NCBI GenBank assembly: GCA_964639755.1 | Contig: CAZXHZ010000020.1 | Location: 1 to 52,630 of the forward strand | Length of the DNA: 52,630 bases | Direction of reading: 5' to 3' | DNA from: an uncultured Luteolibacter sp. | GTDB taxonomy: Bacteria > Verrucomicrobiota > Verrucomicrobiia > Verrucomicrobiales > Akkermansiaceae | In this document: positions 18,823 to 28,270 of the stretch, one piece after another | Position numbering within the stretch: the stretch's first letter is position 1 | How the letters are laid out: every line of letters begins with the position of its first letter | Notes under the pieces: model-generated | Told to the model about the DNA's origin: nothing | What the model saw: only the letters and a program-made list of their open reading frames with translations | Database searches by the model: none | Position numbers and translations under genes: made by a program

Positions 18823-21624
18823 ATGACATCAATTTATTCCCGCTTTATGTTGCCTTTTTCATGCGCTTTCGCATCGACGGCCATTTGCTTTGCCGATGTC
18901 GTGAGCGTTGTTGATGTGCCGGATGTTTCCTCTGGGCGAAATGCCCACTATCCAAGCAATCGGCCGCCTTTGTTACCAAGTCCTTTGATCAAGCTTCCCT
19001 TGAATGCGATCAAGCCGGAAGGCTGGATTCGCAAACAGCTCGAACTTGAAGCGGATGGCTTTGTCGGTCATTTGACGGAGATCAGCATATACTGCAAAAA
19101 GGACAACAACGCATGGTTGAGCAGCGATGGTTTGGGAAAAAATGGTTGGGAGGAAGTTCCTTATTGGTTTCGCGGTTTTTGCGCGCTCGGTTACATTCTG
19201 GAAGACCAGCGGGTGATGGCCGAGTCAAAGGAGTGGTTGGAGGCCGTCATCGCAAGCAGTCGCGAGGATGGATGGTTTGGTCCGCGCTCAAACCTCAAGG
19301 AAAAGGGCGGCCACGACATGATGCCCAACATGTCGATGATGTACGCCTTGCGCACGCATTATGAGGCGACCGGCGACAAGCGGGTGATCGACCTGCTGAC
19401 GCGTTATTTCAAATGGCAGTTGCAGATTCCGGACAAGGAGTTTTTCTCCGGGGGGTGGCAGGTTCCCCGGACCGGTGACAACATGGACAGCGTGTATTGG
19501 TTGCATGCGATTACGGGAGAGCCGTTTTTGTTGGAGTTGACTGACAAGCTCCGACGGGCGGGCGCGACATGGATGAAAGAACCAAACCAATGCCACAATG
19601 TGGACTTTTCGATGGGCTTCCGTAAGCCGGCACAGTTTTACCAGCAGAATAAGGATTCCGGTTATCTGATGCAGACCGAGAAAAATTTCGACAGCATCTA
19701 TGACATTTATGGCCAGGTTCCGGGTGGGATGTTTGCAGGTGATGAATTTGCCCGTCCGGGCTTTACCGATCCTCGCAATGCCATTGAAACCTGCGGCATC
19801 GTCGACATGATGCTTTCGACGCAAATTCTTTTGCGGATTACCGGTGATGGGAAATGGGCCGACCGTTGCGAAAATGCGGCGTTCAATTCGCTTCCCGCAT
19901 CTCAGACCGCGGACATGAAGGCCTTGCGTTATCTGACTTCGGTCAATCAGATTTGTTCGGATAGCCGCAATAGGGCGCCCGAGCTTGCGGATTCGGGAGA
20001 CATGCAATCGATGAATCCGCATTCGCATCGTTGCTGCCAACACAACGTGTCAATGGGGTGGCCATATTATGCCGAATCCCTTTGGCACGCCACGCCCGGC
20101 AACGGACTGGCAGCTACTTTTTACGGTGCAAGCACCATCAAAGCGAAGGTTGGCGATGGAACGGAGGTGGTGATTCGCGAAAAGACCGACTATCCTTTCG
20201 ACGGCAAAGTGGAGTTGACTTTTGACAGTGCGAATTCCGTGGCGTTTCCATTGTATCTTAGGATACCCGGTTGGTGTTCAAACCCAAGCCTTGCGATCAA
20301 CGGCAAGGATGTGGCTTTACAGGGGCGTGCGCTTTCGTATGTGCGCATTGATCGCACATGGTCGAAAGGCGACAAGGTGAACTTGGTTCTGCCAATGGCG
20401 GTGAACATCAAACGCTGGGAGAAGCAAAAAAACAGCGCTTCGGTCAATCGTGGGCCTTTGAGTTTTTCGGTGAAGATTGGGGAAAGTTACACCAAGCTTG
20501 AACCCGAACGCTACAAAGAGCCTTGGCCGGCATGGGAAATCAACGCGACCAGCCCATGGAATTATGGGCTGGTTTTATCGCCATCGGAACCCGCCGCGAA
20601 CTTTGAAGTGGTTGTGAAGCCTTGGCCTCAATCCGACATGGTTTTCACGCACGAGGGCACACCGATTGAAATCAAGGCCAAGGCAAAAAAAATTCCGGGC
20701 TGGATTGATATCGGCATGGGTATGCCGGGAAAACTGCAGTCTAGCCCCATAAAGTCGAAGGAAGCGGTCGAAACAATCACGTTGATTCCAATGGGAGCGG
20801 CACGTTTGCGGATCGCCTCATTTCCTGTGATTGGTGATGGTCCCGATGCCAAGGAATGGAGTGCGCGCGAGGTCATGCCCGCCTCATATTGGCCAAAGCC
20901 GAATGCCGCCGACCTTCTGCGCGATGGCTGCCTTCCGATAGAGGGCGCGAAGGGCGTGGATTGTTTCAAATGGGTTGGTTGGGCTGGCTATGGAGTGGGG
21001 GAAAAAGTGTGGGTGAGGCAGGACTTTGATCAGGAAGAAACCGTTGTTTCTTGTGAAATTTTTTGGGCCCAGCAAACCGACAAGGGTTGGTTGGTTGAAC
21101 CGCAGTCTTGGAAAATTCAATATCTTGTCGGCGATGAGTGGCGTGATGTCGAAGTGCAGGACGGTTATGGTTTCAATCCGAATCGTTTTACCCGTGTCAA
21201 CTTCAAGCCAGTCAAAACAACTGCGCTTAGGATCGATGCCCAAACAAAGCCGAAGAAGTCTGCCGGTATTTTCGAATGGCGCAGCTGGGTCGCATCCGGA
21301 AAATATGTCAGCCATTCGTCGATTCAGGATTTCGGGCCAACCGTGATGGGCGACCCGATGGCCAAAAAAATTGACAGTTGTGAGGTGGTCTGGGCCGTGG
21401 ATCCGACGGATCCGCAATCTCGGGTCCCGAAACAATGGAAGCTGTACGCGCTTCAGGGCGATAAATGGCACGAGGTTTCCAAGCCAAGTCCCTACGGAAC
21501 GGAGACCGAAAAATCCAACATCGTGAACTTCGAACCAGTGGAAACAACAGCGATGAAGCTCGAAGTGATTGCCGAACCTGGCGTGTCGGCAGGCCCGCGT
21601 GAATGGAAGATCAAGACGAAGTGA
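18823..21624 (+). CDS. Second GH127/GH146-like glycoside hydrolase with two C-terminal discoidin/CBM32-like modules
   Basis: Paralog of the upstream gene (WEEVPYW, GMFAGDE, ETCG, RCCQHN, LIPMGAARLR). Duplicated C-terminal module SCE..W...P..WK..(YG)..N...F.PV.TTA.....SAG..EW. Confidence 0.88.
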   Translation: MTSIYSRFMLPFSCAFASTAICFADVVSVVDVPDVSSGRNAHYPSNRPPLLPSPLIKLPLNAIKPEGWIRKQLELEADGFVGHLTEISIYCKKDNNAWLSSDGLGKNGWEEVPYWFRGFCALGYILEDQRVMAESKEWLEAVIASSREDGWFGPRSNLKEKGGHDMMPNMSMMYALRTHYEATGDKRVIDLLTRYFKWQLQIPDKEFFSGGWQVPRTGDNMDSVYWLHAITGEPFLLELTDKLRRAGATWMKEPNQCHNVDFSMGFRKPAQFYQQNKDSGYLMQTEKNFDSIYDIYGQVPGGMFAGDEFARPGFTDPRNAIETCGIVDMMLSTQILLRITGDGKWADRCENAAFNSLPASQTADMKALRYLTSVNQICSDSRNRAPELADSGDMQSMNPHSHRCCQHNVSMGWPYYAESLWHATPGNGLAATFYGASTIKAKVGDGTEVVIREKTDYPFDGKVELTFDSANSVAFPLYLRIPGWCSNPSLAINGKDVALQGRALSYVRIDRTWSKGDKVNLVLPMAVNIKRWEKQKNSASVNRGPLSFSVKIGESYTKLEPERYKEPWPAWEINATSPWNYGLVLSPSEPAANFEVVVKPWPQSDMVFTHEGTPIEIKAKAKKIPGWIDIGMGMPGKLQSSPIKSKEAVETITLIPMGAARLRIASFPVIGDGPDAKEWSAREVMPASYWPKPNAADLLRDGCLPIEGAKGVDCFKWVGWAGYGVGEKVWVRQDFDQEETVVSCEIFWAQQTDKGWLVEPQSWKIQYLVGDEWRDVEVQDGYGFNPNRFTRVNFKPVKTTALRIDAQTKPKKSAGIFEWRSWVASGKYVSHSSIQDFGPTVMGDPMAKKIDSCEVVWAVDPTDPQSRVPKQWKLYALQGDKWHEVSKPSPYGTETEKSNIVNFEPVETTAMKLEVIAEPGVSAGPREWKIKTK

Positions 21625-21687
21625 TTTGGCTTGCGGCTTCCGCCCGTATCGGCAGGACATTTTCCACCAAAGCCCGCGCGGGTCTTG

Positions 21688-22572
21688 TCATCGAAATCCC
21701 GGAGCGGCGATCGTGGCGTTGTCCCGCTCTTCGATGCGGCGGCGCATGATGCGGTCGCCGATTTCACGAATCATTTCAGAGAGCAGCAGCCAGAGGTGGG
21801 AGCCCTCACGATAATCGGCGGGCGCGATATGTTTCACGCGGTTGGCGTGGGTCGAGAGTTGGAAGCATTTGCGAAATGAGCGACCGCTATTGTCCTCCGG
21901 GTTGTAAACCGCAATGCCGTGGCCGCCATTATGATTCATGACGGTGAAGCATGGAACATCGGTGGGACCGTCGCCGACATAAATCATGTTTTCGAACGGG
22001 ATTGGGCGTTGTTCGTGAGGCATGTGGTCATTCACATCCTGATCGTAGTTGAGCATGCCTTTGTTGATGCGGAAAAGGTACTGTGTTTTGGTCGTGTGCG
22101 AGATCACTCGTTTGGGAAAACTGATGCGGCCTTCGGTGTCTTCGCCGAATTCGCAACCGAACATGGCCTTTACGAATGGCTTTAGTCTCGAGCCATCAAG
22201 AAGCGCCTTGAGCCCTGATGAGATGATGTAGTGCTCGACCTTGATGCCGGCCGCCTCGTGATCCGCATCAAGCGAGTTTTTTGGAAGCACTTCGAAGACT
22301 TCGGGAAGCCCCGGGAAAAAACGCAGCCCGCCGCCGAGTTCGGCGAGCCTGGCGTTGCTGACATGGTCCATTCCTAGATAATCGAGCAGACATTTCATGT
22401 AGGCGAGTTCGCCGTCCCATTTGTGATTTTGTACCAGCGAGTTGCAGCGTTTCCAAAACTGCCCTGGGTCGATGCCGAATTCCGGAAAAAGAACGTCATC
22501 CTGCATGTAGCGCGGACTCAATGTCTGGTCGTAGTCATATACCAGAGCTATGGTGTTTTGCGGGGCGGCCAT
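21688..22572 (-). CDS. HAD-superfamily hydrolase
   Basis: Motif I DYDQTL, motif II ISSG and motif [10 protein letters not shown]. Confidence 0.85.
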   Translation of the reverse strand: MAAPQNTIALVYDYDQTLSPRYMQDDVLFPEFGIDPGQFWKRCNSLVQNHKWDGELAYMKCLLDYLGMDHVSNARLAELGGGLRFFPGLPEVFEVLPKNSLDADHEAAGIKVEHYIISSGLKALLDGSRLKPFVKAMFGCEFGEDTEGRISFPKRVISHTTKTQYLFRINKGMLNYDQDVNDHMPHEQRPIPFENMIYVGDGPTDVPCFTVMNHNGGHGIAVYNPEDNSGRSFRKCFQLSTHANRVKHIAPADYREGSHLWLLLSEMIREIGDRIMRRRIEERDNATIAAPGFR

Positions 22573-22692
22573 TGAACCCGCACTCTCGCAAGCCCGAACA
22601 AGGACGACAAGAGGGAAATTGGGGCATGAAGCGGATCGGGAGGTCTGTTAAGAGTTTTGACAGCGGGGATTCCGATGCTCATGGTTTTCATC

Positions 22693-23136
22693 ATGCAGGC
22701 GATGCAGTTCGAACAATCGGTACAACGCATTCTAAGCCGCGACAGGCGATTTGATCCGCAGGTGTATTTTTTTGTGAAGGATGCGCTGGATTTTACCATG
22801 CAGCGTGTGGCTGCCGCGCATGGAGGCGCAGTGCGTCATGTGACCGGTCAAGAATTGCTGGAGGGATTTCGTGACTGCGCACTCGAGCAGTTTGGGCCAA
22901 TGGCATCCACATTGATGGAGGAATGGGGGGTGCGTTGCAGCCAAGATGTGGGTGATATCGTTTTTTTGCTGATTGAGGAACAGGTGTTTGGCAAACGCGA
23001 TTCCGACAGCCGCGAAGATTTTTCCGGATACTCCGATTTTTTCGAATCGTTTGTTACGCCTTTTCTCCCAAGAGGAAAAAGAAACACCAAGGCCGATTCG
23101 TCCGACACTGGAGAAAAAATCAGGAATGCCTGTTGA
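22693..23136 (+). CDS. Conserved Planctomycete/Verrucomicrobia small protein (Minf_1886/TIGR04138-like)
   Basis: Pattern D.RF..QVY.FV.DAL, RHVTGQELL...ALEQFGPMA..L..WGV...DVGDIVF.LI....K...DSREDF, recalled from memory. Confidence 0.78.
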   Translation: MQAMQFEQSVQRILSRDRRFDPQVYFFVKDALDFTMQRVAAAHGGAVRHVTGQELLEGFRDCALEQFGPMASTLMEEWGVRCSQDVGDIVFLLIEEQVFGKRDSDSREDFSGYSDFFESFVTPFLPRGKRNTKADSSDTGEKIRNAC

Positions 23137-23170
23137 CCCGCCTAGATCGGTCGCTTTGTCAATCAGTTCA

Positions 23171-25237
23171 ATGGTCAGGGTGGGCGCGAAAAAGTTTTTA
23201 TGTGTTGCCCTTGTGCTGCTCCTGACGGAATGCGCGCTTTGGGCCAGAGAAGTTGAGGTTTTGCCGGCATCGTTAGTGTTGGCCGAGCGAAGGATGGATG
23301 GGCATGCTGGTTTGATCGCCGAGTGGTCGCGCGAAGACATTACAAGGGCTTCACCGCGCAGCATTGATGAAATGCTGGCAACATCACCGTCCTTTTCGCT
23401 TTATCGAAGACAGTCGGCAATTTTTGGGAATCCGACATCGGCCGGCGTGAGTTTGCGCAATACCGGAGCAACGGCAGCATCAAGAAGCTTGGTGTTGCTT
23501 GACGGAATTCCGCAGAACGATCCCTTTGGAGGTTGGGTGAATTGGGCGAGGTATGACGCATTGACGCTCGAATCAGCTCGCGTTGTTTCCTCGTCCCAGT
23601 CGGCGGCCTGGGGGAATCTTGCTCCCGCAGGGGTGATACAACTCGATGGCGCTGGAGGATTTGAAGAGCGTCATTTGTTGAAATTTGGCGGCGGAAGTTA
23701 TGGCAGCATGGGTGCTTCAACAGCGAATACGATGACCATTGGCGATGGCACGCGTGCCGTCTCGTTTGCGGCCTTTGGTTATCAAACCGATGGTTTTTAC
23801 GCGCTTGATGAATCGCAGCGCGGCGCGGTCGATCGCAAGCTTGAGACGGATTTTTTTGGGGAGGAGCTCAAGTTCGCGTGGCTCTTGGCACCCGGTGTCA
23901 CGCTGGAGCCGAAGTTTGCGCATTACTCCGAGGATCGTTGCAATGGCACGGAGCTGTCGCAGAACTCCACGGACGCCTTTGATTTTTCGCTGCGGCTCAT
24001 GTCGGAGGACGCGGCCGTTTCGTGGCAGGCAGTTGCATGGCATCAGCGTCGAGAATTCGAATCGGTTTTCACATCGGTGACGGATGATCGGTCGTCAGAA
24101 AGCATTGCGCTGAATCAATTTGATGTGCCGGGGCTTGGTACGGGAGCGGCTTGGAGTGCGGCTTGGGGTGACGAGGAGGCGTGGAGTTTTCAGTCAGGCG
24201 CAGACTTCAGGTGTCTGTCGGGCGAGACCAATGAGGATGTTGGCACATTTCGCAGGCGTGAAGCGGGTGGTGAGCAATGGTTGGCCGGCGCTTTTGTTGG
24301 AAGTGCGTGGCAGATGACCAAAACGGATCGGATTCATATCAATTCGCGGGCGGACCAATGGGCGAATGACGAAGGGCGGCGGATTGAAACATCGCTTAAG
24401 AGTGGTGATTTGTTGCGTGAAGAACTGTATGATGATCGTGATGGTTTTGAGCCATCCGCATCGATTGATTGGATTCACGAAATGCCGCGCGGTGTCGAAT
24501 CCCGTTTGGCGTTGGGATCAGGATTTCGCCTGCCGACATTGAATGAACTTTACCGGCCTTTTCGCGTGCGCAACGACATTGTCGAGGCCAATGCGGATTT
24601 GGATCCTGAGCGTTTTTTGAATGCTGAAGCTGGGCTTGATTGGAGGGTGAGTAATGAACTCAAGCTAGGAGCCGCAGTATTTCATCACTGGATATCCGAT
24701 GCGATCGCCAATGTGCCGGTCACGGATCCGGTGAAAATCGGCGAGCTGTTTCCCACACTTTCCAGCGACGGCACGGGATCTCTAAGAGACAATGTCGAAG
24801 AGGCGCGTGTTGCTGGCATCGAAGCTTCGGGTGAATGGTCGCCTCACGAGGCCGTCACACTCAAACTTTCCGGTTTATGGTCGAAAACGGAATTTGGAAA
24901 ATCTCCGGAACAGCCGCTGCTTGAGGGAAAGCCATTTCCGCAGTCACCGGATTTGCGCCTGATTTCCTCCGCTGATTGGAGGGGCTGTGATGGCCTTACA
25001 TTTTTCGGTGGATTGGAATACGGATCTTCCCAGTTTGATGATGCGCTGGCGAGCCGTGTCATACCCGATTATACTTCGGCAAGAGTTGGTGCCTTGTGGA
25101 AAAGCGGCGATGCGTCTTATCAAATCCGTCTCGAAAACCTTTTCAACGAGGAGATCGTAACGGGATTGAGCAGTGACGGACTCAGAACTTTGGCGGCGCC
25201 TCGGGCCTTGTGGGTATCGGTGGAGTGGGCTTTCTGA
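23171..25237 (+). CDS. TonB-dependent receptor
   Basis: Signal peptide, plug motif SLVLLDGIPQNDPFGGWV, barrel motifs GFRLPTLNELY, LDPER and ENLFNE, and a C-terminal Phe (VEWAF). Start is uncertain. Confidence 0.9.
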   Translation: MVRVGAKKFLCVALVLLLTECALWAREVEVLPASLVLAERRMDGHAGLIAEWSREDITRASPRSIDEMLATSPSFSLYRRQSAIFGNPTSAGVSLRNTGATAASRSLVLLDGIPQNDPFGGWVNWARYDALTLESARVVSSSQSAAWGNLAPAGVIQLDGAGGFEERHLLKFGGGSYGSMGASTANTMTIGDGTRAVSFAAFGYQTDGFYALDESQRGAVDRKLETDFFGEELKFAWLLAPGVTLEPKFAHYSEDRCNGTELSQNSTDAFDFSLRLMSEDAAVSWQAVAWHQRREFESVFTSVTDDRSSESIALNQFDVPGLGTGAAWSAAWGDEEAWSFQSGADFRCLSGETNEDVGTFRRREAGGEQWLAGAFVGSAWQMTKTDRIHINSRADQWANDEGRRIETSLKSGDLLREELYDDRDGFEPSASIDWIHEMPRGVESRLALGSGFRLPTLNELYRPFRVRNDIVEANADLDPERFLNAEAGLDWRVSNELKLGAAVFHHWISDAIANVPVTDPVKIGELFPTLSSDGTGSLRDNVEEARVAGIEASGEWSPHEAVTLKLSGLWSKTEFGKSPEQPLLEGKPFPQSPDLRLISSADWRGCDGLTFFGGLEYGSSQFDDALASRVIPDYTSARVGALWKSGDASYQIRLENLFNEEIVTGLSSDGLRTLAAPRALWVSVEWAF

Positions 25238-25297
25238 AAAAAGTGGCAACAAACTACCGGGTTGCCATGCGCCATCCGATATGAATAGTTTTTCAAC

Positions 25298-26719
25298 ATG
25301 AGATTTCTGCTGATATTTCTAGCCATCTCCTGCGGTTTTTCTTTTGGGCAGAAAGTTAAAATCGAGGATGTGTATCGTACGAATTGCGCTGGTTGCCATG
25401 GCTCTTCGTTCGAGGGTGGGCAAGGGGGATCCCTGGTTGATGGCATATGGAAACATGGCTCCTCGGATGAGGAAATCGCTAGAACCATCGCAAAGGGTAA
25501 ACCCGACCTCGGCATGGTTTCATGGGAGGGTGTGCTTTCAAGTGAGCAAATTCGGGGCCTGGTGATTCTCTTGAGGGAAAAAGAAAAGCAGACTCTCGCC
25601 AAGGGCATGAAATTTCCCGTTCCTTCGTCAGACGAGGTTGTAAAAACCGAGTTGCATGATTATCGGGTGGAAACTTTGGTGAAAGATGGCCTGACGGATC
25701 CTTGGGCCATTGCATTTCTTCCGGATGGACGAAAACTCATCACCGAAAAGTCGGGTAAACTGCGGTTTATCTCACAGATTGGTGAGCTTGATCCTCAAGC
25801 TATCGAGGGCTTGCCCGAGGTGATTGAGCATGGGCAGGGCGGATTGATGGATGTTGCCTTGCACCCTGATTTTCAAAAGAACGGCTGGGTTTATCTTGGC
25901 TTCGCAGATGGAACGCGTCCCGGAGATGGCGAGAGCAAAGGAGGAGTTCGTTGCATCACGGCGGTGGTGCGTGGCAAAATCAAGGATCACAGCTGGATCG
26001 ATCAGCAATGGATTTATCGGCCTGATCCGAATTTTCGTTCTAGCAAAACCGAGCATTTTGGCATGCGGATTCTCTTTTCCAAGGGGTATGTCTATTTTGT
26101 GATTGGAGAGCGCGGCGGAAGAATGGAGGTGCAAGACTTGTCTCGTCCCAACGGCAAAATTTTCCGTTTGTACGACGATGGGCGTGTGCCCGAAGACAAT
26201 CCTTTCGTCGGCAATAAGGAGGCCATTCCGGGAATTTGGTCTTATGGTCACCGCAACCCGCAAGGATTGGCGATGGATGTGCGTGATGGCTCCCTCTATG
26301 CGACGGAGCATGGACCCCGCGGTGGGGATGAGTTGAATCTTATTCTTCCGGGCAGAAACTACGGCTGGCCGGTGGTTACTTACGGCATGAACTACGACGG
26401 CACACCGATTGCCGAAACCACCGAGAAGGAGGGCATGGAGAAGCCCCTGACCTATTGGGTTCCGTCGATTGCCACTTGTGGTTTGGATTTTTACACGGGT
26501 GAAAAATTCCCGAAGTGGAAGAACGATCTGTTTGTTGGGGCTCTTGCGCAAAAAGAGATCCGCAGGGTTCGGCTCGAAGGAAAAAAAGTGATCTCTCAGG
26601 AAATCATCCTGAAGAATATCGGCCGAGTGAGAGATGTGGCTACAGGGCCCGATGGTTTGATTTATGTGGTTTTAAATAACCCTGATCGTGTTGTTCGTCT
26701 GGTGCCTGCAGGCAATTGA
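25298..26719 (+). CDS. Cytochrome c-fused PQQ-dependent aldose/glucose dehydrogenase (GSDH/YliI family)
   Basis: Signal peptide, CAGCH heme motif, then PWAIAFLPDG, GQGGLMDVALHPDF, WSYGHRNPQG, EHGPRGGDELN, GRNYGWP and GRVRDV. Confidence 0.92.
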   Translation: MRFLLIFLAISCGFSFGQKVKIEDVYRTNCAGCHGSSFEGGQGGSLVDGIWKHGSSDEEIARTIAKGKPDLGMVSWEGVLSSEQIRGLVILLREKEKQTLAKGMKFPVPSSDEVVKTELHDYRVETLVKDGLTDPWAIAFLPDGRKLITEKSGKLRFISQIGELDPQAIEGLPEVIEHGQGGLMDVALHPDFQKNGWVYLGFADGTRPGDGESKGGVRCITAVVRGKIKDHSWIDQQWIYRPDPNFRSSKTEHFGMRILFSKGYVYFVIGERGGRMEVQDLSRPNGKIFRLYDDGRVPEDNPFVGNKEAIPGIWSYGHRNPQGLAMDVRDGSLYATEHGPRGGDELNLILPGRNYGWPVVTYGMNYDGTPIAETTEKEGMEKPLTYWVPSIATCGLDFYTGEKFPKWKNDLFVGALAQKEIRRVRLEGKKVISQEIILKNIGRVRDVATGPDGLIYVVLNNPDRVVRLVPAGN

Positions 26720-26870
26720 TGAAATTTGTCGGCAAGGTTCTTATTTCAGATCGTTCCGGGTGATTGCCGCCCCAAAGCTCTGACAAATCTCCGCATGAAA
26801 TGGCATGCAGAATTCAATTGATGTCATAGCAGATTCTCGCACAGCAATTGATGGGTTTGCGAGATGAGGT

Positions 26871-27512
26871 TTACTGCTCGATATCGACGCGAGTGCCAAC
26901 TTTCACTTTTGTATACACGATTGGCATAATGGCGCTTGGACCGCGAACGCAAGCGTGGGATGCCGGATAGCGCTTCACAGGCCCGATATGATGACCGACA
27001 CCGTCATGAGTAAGGCGCATCCAATATTTCATTGGAGCTCCTTCGAAGCGCCCGCCTTCGGGGATCGGGTCGGCAAACGCATCGGCATCTCCATTAACGA
27101 TTTCACCTGAGATGTCATAAATTTTGCCGTAGCGATTGGAACTCTTATCAATGATCTTTTCGATGATGTAGAAGGTGCCGGTGGGAGTGGGGCGGCTTTT
27201 GATGCCGGAGCAGATCGGGTAGTCCATAACCGTTTCTCCGTTGTTCATGAGCATTCCACGCTGAGTGCCGAGATTGATTTTGATGTGCGAATTTCCGTCG
27301 TGGGTTTGTGCGAGCAGCCCGCTGTTTTTCCAGACCCCGTTGGTTTTCGGATAGGATTGCTCGGCTTTAAAATGCTCGTATGTGCCGGGCGGGTGAGGAT
27401 TTACCTGTTTGCCACCGGTGACCGGGCCGACAGGTTTTTGGTTCGCACAACTTGCGAGAAAAAGGGCGGACAAAACGGCGATCAGGCGGGTGAGTGAGCA
27501 AGGGATCTTCAT
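26871..27512 (-). CDS. L,D-transpeptidase (YkuD family) lipoprotein
   Basis: Lipobox LASC, PTPTGTF, MKYWMRL and catalytic HxG...SHACVR. Confidence 0.88.
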   Translation of the reverse strand: MKIPCSLTRLIAVLSALFLASCANQKPVGPVTGGKQVNPHPPGTYEHFKAEQSYPKTNGVWKNSGLLAQTHDGNSHIKINLGTQRGMLMNNGETVMDYPICSGIKSRPTPTGTFYIIEKIIDKSSNRYGKIYDISGEIVNGDADAFADPIPEGGRFEGAPMKYWMRLTHDGVGHHIGPVKRYPASHACVRGPSAIMPIVYTKVKVGTRVDIEQ

Positions 27513-27652
27513 GGGCGGCTCAATGGGTGGGAGTTGTGGATATCTGGAATCTGGAGCCTTTGCAATCTTGAAGGGTGGAGGTAGCGGGAGAGCTTTTTCC
27601 ATTGCCCTCGATGGGCGATTCGCTAGGCTGTCCGTAATATTTGGGAAATGAG

Positions 27653-28264
27653 ATGAATTCCGTGCTTGAGGCTCCCGTTCTTGTGCTGAACCGGTTTTGG
27701 CAACCGGTGCATACTTGTTCGGTGAGACGGTCTTTGCATCTTTTGTGCATCGGGCATGCTCAGGTGGTGCAGGTTGATGGTGAGGAGAAATTCAAGACCC
27801 ACGACCTTGCGGGGTGGGTCCGGCACTCGGCATTGGCGGCTGGTTCCCCGATGATACGCGGAGCGAGAATCGCGTTGATGGTTCCCAAGATCGTGGTGCT
27901 CTCGATGTACGAGCGGGTGCCGCGCCTGGAGGTGCGCTTTAGCCGCCGTAATGTTTTCCTGCGCGACAAGTTTACTTGCCAGTACTGCACAAGGGTTTTT
28001 CCGGAGAGCCAGCTCAACCTTGATCATGTCACGCCGCGTGACAAAGGCGGGCGCACGAGCTGGGAGAACATCGTGACATCGTGCTTCCGCTGCAACACGC
28101 GCAAGGCCAACAAGCTTCCGCACGAGGTGGGAATGCATCCGCGTAATAAGCCATTCGCACCACGCTGGAGGCCCTTGTTTGGTCTTCAGGAAAATGGCCT
28201 CGCCGACGAAAGCTGGGGTCACTTCATCTGCTCCGAGCGTGACGAGACGAGACTTTCCGCGTGA
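27653..28264 (+). CDS. HNH endonuclease (McrA-like)
   Basis: VLVLN, FSRRNVFLRDKFTCQYC, LDHVTPRDKGG..SWENIVTSC..CN..K. Confidence 0.92.
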   Translation: MNSVLEAPVLVLNRFWQPVHTCSVRRSLHLLCIGHAQVVQVDGEEKFKTHDLAGWVRHSALAAGSPMIRGARIALMVPKIVVLSMYERVPRLEVRFSRRNVFLRDKFTCQYCTRVFPESQLNLDHVTPRDKGGRTSWENIVTSCFRCNTRKANKLPHEVGMHPRNKPFAPRWRPLFGLQENGLADESWGHFICSERDETRLSA

Positions 28265-28270
28265 GGCTTC

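Noticed and set aside
22973-23170. Long N-terminal extension of the TonB receptor ORF, and similar extensions at 3228, 14518, 32531 and 49108
   Set aside because: They overlap upstream genes or precede the evident signal peptide or domain start; downstream ATGs fit better.
27653-28264. HNH gene as a defence system or mobile element
   Set aside because: It is the widespread stand-alone McrA-like type among housekeeping genes, with no methylase, ATPase, cas or intron context.
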